DNA of 31,107 nucleotides, from positions 1-31,107 of the forward strand of contig JAZORS010000088.1 in NCBI GenBank assembly GCA_045656725.1, written 5' to 3'. The stretch is from Eubacteriales bacterium (GTDB lineage: Bacteria > Bacillota > Clostridia > Oscillospirales > CAG-272). Below, piece by piece: positions 17,606 through 25,757 of the stretch. A program made the translations under genes and the position numbers. The notes beneath the pieces were generated by a model. The model was given only the letters and a program-made list of their open reading frames with translations, was not told the origin of the DNA and made no database searches. Every line of letters begins with the position of its first letter. Position 1 is the first letter of the stretch.

Positions 17606-18535
17606 TTATATTCTCCAATCGCTCTTTTCGTATTTCTCTTTTGCTTCTTTGATATTCTTCTCTATTTCGAGAAGAAGCAAATCTTTGTTTTCAAAACGTT
17701 TTTCTTCTCTTATAAAGTCGAGAAGGTGGATTCTTACGCGCTCTCCGTATATCTCTCCCGAAAAGTCGAGAATAAAGGTTTCCGCGTGCGTTTCTCTTTC
17801 TCGGAAGGTGGGGCAAGAACCGATATTGGTAAGACCCGTGTAAAAATTATCACCGATTTTTATTCTCGAAAGATAAACGCCTCTTGAAATGTCGCGGCAG
17901 CTGTCGGGTAAAGAATTGTTTACGGTTGGAATTCCGAGCTTGCGGCCTAGCGAAAGACCGCGCTCAACCCTCGCGTCAAAGAAAAACGGTGCGCCTAGAA
18001 GCTCATTTGCTTCGCTGACGCGGCACGAGGTGAGCAGTTTTTTAATCATGGTGGTGGATATTTTCTCACCGCGGAAGCTTTCGTCGGGAACGGTTATTGC
18101 CTCACCGCCGCCATCTTTCATAAGACGTCCAAGGTCACGGGCGTTTCCATTTGCGCCCTTGCCGAAGCGAAAATCCTCGCCGCTGACCGCAACGCGGCAG
18201 GCGAGGGAATCTATTAAAATGTTATTTACGAACTCCTCGGGAGAAAACGAGGACAGCTCGGAAAAATCCGCAAGATAAACGCGCTCGACACCGAGCGAGC
18301 CGAGAAGCTCGCATTTTGCCTCTGTGGAATAAAGGCGCGAGGGAGAGCCCTTTATTTCCTTGCATTCGGAATAAAAGGTGAAAACCGAGAGTAAAAGCCC
18401 TCTTTTTTTTGCTTCATCCCTCGCTCTTTTTATAAGAGCTCTGTGCCCAAGGTGCACTCCGTCAAAAAAGCCGAGCGCAACGACGGATGGCGCTGTGCCG
18501 AAATTTATTCCCTTTTTAAATTCTATGATATCCAA
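17606..18535 (-). CDS. ribF: Bifunctional riboflavin kinase/FAD synthetase
   Basis: GFFDGVHLGH, GEDFRFG, ISTTMIK, GRKLGIPTVN, ETFILDFSGEIYG. Confidence 0.93.
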   Translation of the reverse strand: MDIIEFKKGINFGTAPSVVALGFFDGVHLGHRALIKRARDEAKKRGLLLSVFTFYSECKEIKGSPSRLYSTEAKCELLGSLGVERVYLADFSELSSFSPEEFVNNILIDSLACRVAVSGEDFRFGKGANGNARDLGRLMKDGGGEAITVPDESFRGEKISTTMIKKLLTSCRVSEANELLGAPFFFDARVERGLSLGRKLGIPTVNNSLPDSCRDISRGVYLSRIKIGDNFYTGLTNIGSCPTFRERETHAETFILDFSGEIYGERVRIHLLDFIREEKRFENKDLLLLEIEKNIKEAKEKYEKSDWRI

Positions 18536-18564
18536 GGCGCACCTCCGTTCTTTCTTTCTTACAT

Positions 18565-18593
18565 ATTATACAACCGCAGAGCAAAAAAGTCAA
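18565..18593 (-). promoter_or_regulatory. sigmaA promoter of ribF-prmA-rsmE
   Basis: TTGACT-17bp-TATAAT. Confidence 0.75.
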
Positions 18594-18641
18594 CTGCCGT
18601 ATAATTCCCCAAAAAACCGCCGATAATTTTAAATATTTAAT

Positions 18642-18670
18642 TTGACAAAACGGGTAACGTGTGGTAAAAT
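18642..18670 (+). promoter_or_regulatory. sigmaA promoter of MFS gene
   Basis: TTGACA-17bp-TAAAAT with extended TG. Confidence 0.8.
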
Positions 18671-18699
18671 ATGTATGCATGAAAAAACGGAGTTTTCCA

Positions 18700-18767
18700 A
18701 ATCGATGCCAAGCATTACCGAAAATTCATTTAAAATTTGCGCAGTCGCCATCGGCGACGGAATGGAG
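18700..18767 (+). promoter_or_regulatory. Candidate 5'-leader motif, copy 2 (MFS)
   Basis: Homologous to reverse complement of 7588-7654; GTCGCC-ATC-GGCGAC hairpin directly before GGAGG. Confidence 0.65.
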
Positions 18768-18774
18768 GTTTTTT

Positions 18775-20229
18775 ATGAAGCTGAATTACAAAAGAACAAT
18801 ACTTGTCGGTTTTGCGTTCTTTCTTATAAGCGCATTCTGGCAGGCGTATGACACGATAATTCCTCTTGTTCTGACAAATCATTACGGTATGCCGCAGGAT
18901 TTATCGGGACTTATAATGTCTGCGGATAACGTTCTGGCGGTGTTTATGCTCCCGATTTTCGGAGCGCTTTCGGATAAGATCACCTCAAGATTCGGAAGAA
19001 GAACGCCCTTTATCGTTGTCGGAACGGTTCTCGCTATAATTTTCTTCGGACTTCTTTTTATAATCAACGCGAATCAGCTCAACGAGATTTTAGCATCCAA
19101 TATTCCCACCTTGCGCCAGGAAGCGGATGCGCTTCTTGAAATGGCGGACGCGAGCAAAGACCCGGCGCTTAAAGAGCTTGCAAACGAAAAGCTTGCGGCT
19201 GTTCAGGAAATGACGATGCAGATAACGAAAAATAACGTGGGAACACTCATAGCGTTCATTGTCGTTTTGCTTCTCACCCTCATTTCTATGGCAACCTTCC
19301 GTTCCCCCGCGGTGGCGCTTATGCCCGACGTAACGGTTAAACCGCTTCGCTCCAAGGGTAACGCGATAATCAACCTTATGGGCGCGGCAGGCGGCATTAT
19401 CGTTCTTGTTTTCGGTATGATTTTCAAAACATCGGGCCGTCCTTATATGGAGCTTTCAGGTTACATTTTCGCTGTTTGCGCTCTTATGGCAACGGCGCTT
19501 GTCGTATTCATCTTTACCGTTAAGGAAAGAAAATGGGTTGCTCTTATGGAAGAGGAAACGGAAAAATACGGCATTGAGGAAAAGGCTGAGAATGTTCCTC
19601 TTGAAAACAAAAAGCTTTCAAAGCCGGAGTTTATTTCCTTGATACTCATACTCGCATCTGTTGCGCTCTGGTATATAGGATATAACTCGATAACGAGCAA
19701 GTACTCCGTTTACGCGTCAAACGTTCTTCATTTTGATTATAACGCAACCTTGATAATAGCGCAGGCGGCGGCAATCTGCTCGTATATTCCCGTCGGTGTC
19801 CTTGCATCGAAGATAGGCAGAAGAAGAAGTATTCTTATCGGAGTTGCAATGCTTGCAACCTCGTTCCTTTCCGCCACCTTTATAACCTCCTCGTCAAGCC
19901 CTGTGTTTATGTACGTGGTGTTCATTCTTGCCGGTATCGGCTGGGCAACTATAAACGTAAACTCGTTCCCGATGGTTGTTGAGCTTGCAAAGGGCGGTGA
20001 CGTCGGAAAATATACCGGTTATTACTACACGGCATCGATGTCCGCGCAGATAATAACGCCTATTCTTTCCGGCTTCCTCATTGAAAGAGTGTTCGGTTGG
20101 TCGATATTCTTCCCCTATGCCGCGTTCTTTGTTGCTTGCTCGTTCATAACTATGTATTTCGTTAAGCACGGTGATGCCAAGGCGGAAAAGGCAGATGCTC
20201 TTGAAGCTCTCGGCGGCTCTGACGATTAA
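18775..20229 (+). CDS. MFS transporter (SLC45/maltose-permease-like)
   Basis: GALSDKITSRFGRRTPF, RSPAVALMPDV, GKYTGYYY; start moved to ATG 18775 after GGAGG. Confidence 0.88.
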   Translation: MKLNYKRTILVGFAFFLISAFWQAYDTIIPLVLTNHYGMPQDLSGLIMSADNVLAVFMLPIFGALSDKITSRFGRRTPFIVVGTVLAIIFFGLLFIINANQLNEILASNIPTLRQEADALLEMADASKDPALKELANEKLAAVQEMTMQITKNNVGTLIAFIVVLLLTLISMATFRSPAVALMPDVTVKPLRSKGNAIINLMGAAGGIIVLVFGMIFKTSGRPYMELSGYIFAVCALMATALVVFIFTVKERKWVALMEEETEKYGIEEKAENVPLENKKLSKPEFISLILILASVALWYIGYNSITSKYSVYASNVLHFDYNATLIIAQAAAICSYIPVGVLASKIGRRRSILIGVAMLATSFLSATFITSSSSPVFMYVVFILAGIGWATINVNSFPMVVELAKGGDVGKYTGYYYTASMSAQIITPILSGFLIERVFGWSIFFPYAAFFVACSFITMYFVKHGDAKAEKADALEALGGSDD

Positions 20230-20240
20230 AAGATAACGCT

Positions 20241-20292
20241 ATAACCGAAAAAACAGGCAGGTGCATTGTTAAAAACACAGTGCCTCTGCCTG
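20241..20292 (+). repeat. Partial copy of terminator-bearing repeat
   Basis: ATAACCGAAAAAA followed by hairpin containing GCATTGTT..ACACAGTGCC, as at 23733. Confidence 0.6.
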
Positions 20293-20322
20293 AAATAATT
20301 TATAAATTCAGAGGTTTATTTT

Positions 20323-21180
20323 ATGCAGTGGTGGCACATTTTGCTTATATGCATCGGCGCGCTTTCTGTTTTTGCCTTTGCTCTTTTTATATTTCTTATG
20401 AAGCCGAGCGCTAAACGCCGCGGACAAATGGCGGCTTTTTCAAACGTAAGATACGCGCACCGCGGCCTTCACGGAAACGGCATTGCCGAGAACTCAATGT
20501 CGGCATTTCTTGCGGCAAAGAAGGCGGGCTACGGAATTGAGCTTGACGTGCGTCTTTCAAAGGATGGCGAGCTTGTGGTTTTTCACGACGACGACCTTTC
20601 GCGTGTTACGGAATTCCGGGGGCTCGTTTGCGAGAAAACCTACGCGGAGCTTTCCGAAATGAAGCTTTCGGGCACGGAGGATACGGTTCCTCTTTTCAAA
20701 GACGTTCTTCGCGCCGTTGACGGCAAGGTGCCGCTTCTCGTTGAGCTTAAAGAAGCCGAGGGCTCGTACGGAGTAGCCGAGGCGGCAGTCAAAATCCTTC
20801 GTGAATACGACGGCCCTTACATTATAGAGTCCTTTAATCCGCTTTCTCTTGCGCGCGTTAAGAAAATCGCGCCTGAGGTTTTGCGCGGCATACTTTCACA
20901 GCATTTTACGAAGGATGAAAAGTATAAGGGAATAAAGTTTTTCCTTTTACAGCATCTTTGCCTTAATTTCCTCTCTCGCCCCGATTTTGTGGCGTATAAT
21001 TTCAGGCACGCGAAAATGCCCGCGTTCCGCCTTGCAAAGGCATTCGGCACGCCCTGCCTTGCCTGGACCACGGAGTCGGAGGAGGACGATGCCGCGGCAG
21101 TTAAATCGGGCTTTGACGGAATAATATTCCAGTATTATACCCCGGAGCTTAAAGTTACGGATAAAAGGAGCAAAAAATGA
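20323..21180 (+). CDS. Glycerophosphodiester phosphodiesterase family protein with N-terminal TM
   Basis: AHRGLH, ENS, IELDVRLSKDGELVVFHD, LVELK. Confidence 0.92.
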   Translation: MQWWHILLICIGALSVFAFALFIFLMKPSAKRRGQMAAFSNVRYAHRGLHGNGIAENSMSAFLAAKKAGYGIELDVRLSKDGELVVFHDDDLSRVTEFRGLVCEKTYAELSEMKLSGTEDTVPLFKDVLRAVDGKVPLLVELKEAEGSYGVAEAAVKILREYDGPYIIESFNPLSLARVKKIAPEVLRGILSQHFTKDEKYKGIKFFLLQHLCLNFLSRPDFVAYNFRHAKMPAFRLAKAFGTPCLAWTTESEEDDAAAVKSGFDGIIFQYYTPELKVTDKRSKK

Positions 21181-22292
21181 GATTTCCCCTTGTAGCTACC
21201 TGCCTTTTCGGCTTGGAGCATCTTCTCGGTGAGGAGATAGACGCCCTCGGATACGAAAGAATATCCACAATGGACGGCAGAGTTACCTTTCTCGGTGACG
21301 AGGAGGCGGTTGCTCTTTCTAACGTGTTTTTGCGCTACGCGGAGCGCGTATACATTAAGGTCGGCTCTTATCGCGCGGAAAGCTTCGAGGAGCTTTTTGA
21401 GGGCGCAAAGGCGCTCCCGTGGCACGATTTTATTGGAAAACGCGATGCGTTCCCCGTCAAGGGCCACTCTATAAAATCCAAACTCTTTTCAGTACCCGAC
21501 TGTCAGGCAATAATAAAAAAAGCGGTCGTCACCTCTATGGCGGCGCGCTACGGAATCAGTATTTTTCCCGAGGACGGCGTTAAATATCAGATAGAATTCT
21601 TCCTTTTTAAGGACGAGGTGACTCTTATGATTGACACGTCGGGAGTTCCCTTACATAAAAGGGGTTACAGAAAGGAATCAAACAGCGCGCCGATAAGAGA
21701 AACCCTTGCCGCCGCCATTGCCGCGTATTCGCGGCCGAGAGAAGAGGTGCTATTCTGGGACCCGCTTTGCGGAAGCGGAACTATCGCTATCGAGGCGGCT
21801 ATGATGATGCGAGGTATTGCGCCCGGCGCGAACAGAAGCTTTGCTGCGGAGAGCTTTCCTTTTATAGATAAGTCAAGATGGCTCGACGCAAGAGAAATGG
21901 CTAAAGAGGGCGAGCGCGAATCCGGCTTCGAGGTCTTTGCCTCTGATATAGACAAAAACGCGGTGGCTCTCACGGAAAGAAACGCAAGGGCGGCAGGCGT
22001 CGGCTCGACGGTCAAGACGTTTATCAGGGATTGCAGAGAAATTTCAGCTCCCGGCAGGCGAGGCACGATTGTAACCAACCCCCCGTACGGAGAACGGCTT
22101 GGCAGTATTCGCGAGGTCGAGCGGCTTTATCGGGATATGGGGCGGCATTTTCAGTCGCTTTCTCCCTGGCAGGTTTACATTATCACCTCGCACGAGGGCT
22201 TTGAGCGACTTTACGGAAAGCGCGCGGATAAGATAAGAAAGCTTTATAACGGAATGATTCCCTGCTATCTTTATCAGTATTTTAAACGGTAG
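21177..22292 (+). CDS. THUMP-domain class I SAM RNA methyltransferase (RlmL/YpsC-like)
   Basis: LHKRGYR, APIRETLAAA, DPLCGSGT, NPPYGERL; ATGA overlap with GDPD. Confidence 0.92.
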   Translation: MRFPLVATCLFGLEHLLGEEIDALGYERISTMDGRVTFLGDEEAVALSNVFLRYAERVYIKVGSYRAESFEELFEGAKALPWHDFIGKRDAFPVKGHSIKSKLFSVPDCQAIIKKAVVTSMAARYGISIFPEDGVKYQIEFFLFKDEVTLMIDTSGVPLHKRGYRKESNSAPIRETLAAAIAAYSRPREEVLFWDPLCGSGTIAIEAAMMMRGIAPGANRSFAAESFPFIDKSRWLDAREMAKEGERESGFEVFASDIDKNAVALTERNARAAGVGSTVKTFIRDCREISAPGRRGTIVTNPPYGERLGSIREVERLYRDMGRHFQSLSPWQVYIITSHEGFERLYGKRADKIRKLYNGMIPCYLYQYFKR

Positions 22293-22471
22293 ACAAAAAC
22301 CGAACCCCCTTAATTCGGCACTTGTCATTTTTGCAAAGTCTGATTTGCTAAATTTTTATTATTGAAACTCTTTTGTAACATAAATTTAATAATATTAATG
22401 TAAACTATAAATAAAAAATGCAAAACCAAAAGGGCTTTGCAAGTTAAATTCACAGCTGAAAGGCAAAAATT

Positions 22472-23728
22472 ATGAAAAAGAAAATAATCAGCTTGCTGCT
22501 TATTGTTACTCTCATGTTTGGCACGCTCTCAATGAGCTCGTGCTATTTTCTCGGAGATAAGCTCGGCTCACTCGGCTCGCTCGGCAATTCGGGCGGTGAC
22601 ACAACGATAAACGTTACGGGCGGAGATAATTACGATATAACGATAAACACCCAGGAGTCACAGGATATAATCGCGGCTTCAAAGGCGCTCCTTTCCTCCG
22701 TCAGCATAATCTGTAAATTCACTAAATTTTCGGGGCTTTCAATTGGCGGCGGAAATCATAAGGAAGATTATTATTCTGCCGGCTCGGGCGTTATATATAA
22801 GCTTGACAAGGAGCATGGAGCGGCGTATATTATAACTAATTATCACGTCGTTTTCGATTCCGAGGCAAACACGGCAAATCATATAAGCAGTGATATAAGC
22901 GTTTATCTTTACGGACAGGAATATACCAATTACGAAATGAAGGCGACCTACGTTGGCGGCTCTATGCTCTACGACCTTGCCGTTCTTGAAATCAAGGACA
23001 GCACCGTGCTTATGGAAAGCGCGGCTATGAGCGCGAATTTTGCCGATTCCGACGAGCTTGCGGTTCTTGAAAAGGCAATAGCCGTCGGAAACCCCGAGGG
23101 CAAGGGTATTTCCGCAACCGTCGGATATATCAACGTTGACAGCGAGTATATAACGATGACGGCATCTGATTCGCAAACGACAATGGAGCTTCGCGTTATA
23201 AGAACGGACGCGGCGGTTAACCACGGAAATTCGGGCGGCGGACTTTACAATGCCGAGGGCGAGATTATCGGTATCGTAAACGCGAAAATGGCAGACGACT
23301 CGATAGACAATATCGGATACGCCATTCCCTCGAACGTTGCAAGAGCTGTGGCTGACAATATTATTTACTACTGCGCGGGCGGTGAGCGCGAGAACGTATA
23401 CAGAGTTCTTCTCGGAATTACCGTTAAGGTGCGCGAATCCTTTACCGAATACGATAACGAAACAGGCAAGATAAAAAAGCGTGAGGTGATCAGCGTTGAT
23501 TCAATAAATGCTGACTCTGCCGCCGGTGCTTATCTCAATATCGGTGACGTTATCAATTCCATTACGATAGACGGAACGCGTCACGAGGTAACGCGCCTTT
23601 TCCACGTCGTTGACAGCATGCTTGACGCAAGAGTGGGCTCAACGGTGGTAATCAATATTACAAGAGGGGATCAGACGATAGATGTAACGGTTCCGATTCT
23701 TGGATCTATGCTTACTGCATGGGGTTGA
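22472..23728 (+). CDS. HtrA/DegP-like trypsin serine protease with PDZ, probable lipoprotein
   Basis: TNYHV, DLAVL, GNSGGGL triad; MSSC lipobox; C-terminal PDZ. Confidence 0.9.
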   Translation: MKKKIISLLLIVTLMFGTLSMSSCYFLGDKLGSLGSLGNSGGDTTINVTGGDNYDITINTQESQDIIAASKALLSSVSIICKFTKFSGLSIGGGNHKEDYYSAGSGVIYKLDKEHGAAYIITNYHVVFDSEANTANHISSDISVYLYGQEYTNYEMKATYVGGSMLYDLAVLEIKDSTVLMESAAMSANFADSDELAVLEKAIAVGNPEGKGISATVGYINVDSEYITMTASDSQTTMELRVIRTDAAVNHGNSGGGLYNAEGEIIGIVNAKMADDSIDNIGYAIPSNVARAVADNIIYYCAGGERENVYRVLLGITVKVRESFTEYDNETGKIKKREVISVDSINADSAAGAYLNIGDVINSITIDGTRHEVTRLFHVVDSMLDARVGSTVVINITRGDQTIDVTVPILGSMLTAWG

Positions 23729-23732
23729 TTTG

Positions 23733-23942
23733 GGCATAACCGAATAAAAAACAGAGTGGTATTGTTTAACACAGTGCCACTCTTTATACTTTCTGCGAAC
23801 CTGATTATATTAAGGTTGAAAACCTGCGGTTTTCTTCGATTTATTATAGTTTTTTATTCTAGCTCCGTTTTCGCGCTCTGCCGTACAAAGTACGCCTACG
23901 CCCGCGAAGAACGAAGCTTTCTGCACCAAATCTCACTCGCCC
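23733..23942 (+). repeat. ~210-bp terminator-bearing dispersed repeat, copy 1
   Basis: Colinear homology to reverse complement of 30478-30684. Confidence 0.85.
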
Positions 23943-23955
23943 GACGGTGACCTTT

Positions 23956-24008
23956 GGGCATAAACGAATAAAAAATGGGGGTGCTATTTTAAGAAATAGT
24001 GCCCCTTT
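23956..24008 (+). repeat. Partial tandem copy of the same repeat end
   Basis: GGGCATAAACGAATAAAAAA followed by hairpin GGGGTGCTATT...AATAGTGCCCC. Confidence 0.65.
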
Positions 24009-24036
24009 GCAGAAAACTATTCCTTCACCGGAGTAA

Positions 24037-24075
24037 ATAAAAAGGACAAAACCCACCTCTGCGGTGGGTTTTGTC
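24037..24075 (-). terminator. Intrinsic terminator of the small ORF
   Basis: GACAAAACCCACC-5nt-GGTGGGTTTTGTC with U-tract on minus strand. Confidence 0.75.
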
Positions 24076-24100
24076 TATCTAAATTATAAGCTGCCGGGAA

Positions 24101-24241
24101 TTAAGCGCTTTCGTCCTCAAGGAATCCAAAAGGATCAAAATTCTGCTTGAACTGAGCGTTACTAGAGTCTGGCTTGGATGCACTAATAACATCATCTCCA
24201 ACTGAGAGAAACTCTAGATTGAGTGACTCGTAATTCTTCAC
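24101..24241 (-). CDS. Small 46-aa hypothetical peptide
   Basis: GTG start 7 nt after AGGAGG; MKNYESLNLEFLSVGDDVISASKPDSSNAQFKQNFDPFGFLEDESA; own promoter and terminator. Confidence 0.7.
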   Translation of the reverse strand: MKNYESLNLEFLSVGDDVISASKPDSSNAQFKQNFDPFGFLEDESA

Positions 24242-24302
24242 GATAAACCCTCCTGAAATATGTATATGCATAAAACACGCATACGTATAATAATGTATAT
24301 TC

Positions 24303-24331
24303 ATTATACACTGTCAATTATGAATTGTCAA
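24303..24331 (-). promoter_or_regulatory. Consensus sigmaA promoter of small ORF
   Basis: TTGACA-17bp-TATAAT. Confidence 0.8.
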
Positions 24332-24465
24332 GTATTTTTTTCAAAAAAAGATGTTTTTTGTGAATTTTGCCGAAATTTGATAGAAAATTATAAAAATATT
24401 CCGAAAAATTACGCTTTTATACAAGCTAAAAACAATAAATTTGCAACACAAAAGAAAATACTACG

Positions 24466-24550
24466 TGCTTTTGCATATCTCGCACGCGAACCGTATATCG
24501 CATTGTGTAGCAATATATCGCAAATCCCGCAAGAAATTTATATCGCTGCG
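24466..24550. repeat. Half copy of ATATCG hairpin array
   Basis: TATATCGC at 24494, 24514, 24539 separated by small hairpins; TGCTTTTGCAT..CTCGC shared with ~28753. Confidence 0.7.
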
Positions 24551-24667
24551 TGATGCTCTTAACGGAGTATCACGCTTTATGCCGCGGCCTTTTTAACACA
24601 AAAATCTACATTTTATTATATATTATAAAAAGCTTTTCTGTGCGGCTCGCTTTTTGTGGCTTTTGGC

Positions 24668-24697
24668 TTGACTTATGTTGATTATGCGTGATAAAAT
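24668..24697 (+). promoter_or_regulatory. Probable promoter of hydrolase-peptidase operon
   Basis: TTGACT-18bp-TAAAAT with extended TG. Confidence 0.55.
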
Positions 24698-24775
24698 ATA
24701 TCTATATAAAAAGTTCTTGCCTTTGATATTCATACAGGAGCTTGTTTTAGTAAGATATAAGATTTTGGAGGCAAA

Positions 24776-25744
24776 ATGGAGCCATACGCAATCGCGCTTA
24801 CCGTTTTGGGCGGTACTCTTGTTTTTTTGTTTTTCGCGGCAGTCGCGTTTGCATATAGACAGGCGTTTTATTCTAACAGAAAAAAGACGCGTGACCCATA
24901 CCGCACGCTTGATTTGGTAAAGGGCTTTGAGGTGGCGCGCGAGGATTGCCGGAAGAAGATAGACCGTCTTTATTCGCTTCCGTCGGAAAAAATCGAGATC
25001 ACCTCGCGTGACGGATTGAAGCTTTCCGCAAGATTTTATAAGGGCAAGAACGGAGCACCGTATCACCTTATGTTTCACGGCTATAAAAGCACGCCCTTTC
25101 TTGATCTTCTCGGCGGCGGCGTGGAATTTACCAATAAGGGACATAACGTTATACTTGTTGACCAAAGGGCGCACGGAGATAGTGAGGGAAAGACGATTAC
25201 GTTTGGCGTTCTTGAAAGCTATGACGCGCTCGATTGGATAAAATACACGGTGGAGCGCTTTGGCGAGGATATAGAAATCATACTTTTCGGTGTTTCGATG
25301 GGGGCGGCAACGGTGCTTTCGGCGCTTGAATTTCCGCTTCATCCGTCCGTCAGAGGCGTTATTGCGGACAGTCCGTTTTCCTCGCCCATGGAAATCATGC
25401 AATCCGTTGCGAAGAAAATGCACGTGCCGCCTCGCGTTTCCACCTTTCTTCTGCGGCCTGCCGCTCTTATTTTCGGCAGATTTCGGCTTGGGCGGCGCTC
25501 GGCAAAGAATGCAGTTAAAAACGCAGGCGTTCCTGTGCTCCTTATCCACGGCGACGACGACAGCTTCGTGCCGAGATATATGAGTGACGAAATATATAAA
25601 TCCGCAAGGAGTGCGGGGCGGGATATAAGATATCTCGTTTTTCCGGGGGCGGACCACGTTATGAGCTACCTTACGGATATGGAGCGATATATAAGAGAGG
25701 TTAATATTTTTCTTAAATATGCGCTTGATAAAAAGAACACATAA
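24776..25744 (+). CDS. Alpha/beta hydrolase (YqkD-like) with N-terminal TM
   Basis: FHGY, DQRAHGDSEG, GVSMG nucleophile, IHGDDD, GADH. Confidence 0.9.
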   Translation: MEPYAIALTVLGGTLVFLFFAAVAFAYRQAFYSNRKKTRDPYRTLDLVKGFEVAREDCRKKIDRLYSLPSEKIEITSRDGLKLSARFYKGKNGAPYHLMFHGYKSTPFLDLLGGGVEFTNKGHNVILVDQRAHGDSEGKTITFGVLESYDALDWIKYTVERFGEDIEIILFGVSMGAATVLSALEFPLHPSVRGVIADSPFSSPMEIMQSVAKKMHVPPRVSTFLLRPAALIFGRFRLGRRSAKNAVKNAGVPVLLIHGDDDSFVPRYMSDEIYKSARSAGRDIRYLVFPGADHVMSYLTDMERYIREVNIFLKYALDKKNT

Positions 25745-25757
25745 AGGAGAAAAGACA

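Noticed and set aside
23750-23782. CIRCE (HrcA operator) after htrA, suggested by GAGTG/CACTC
   Set aside because: Arm order is opposite to TTAGCACTC-N9-GAGTGCTAA and the site is 3' of the gene; it is the terminator-like repeat
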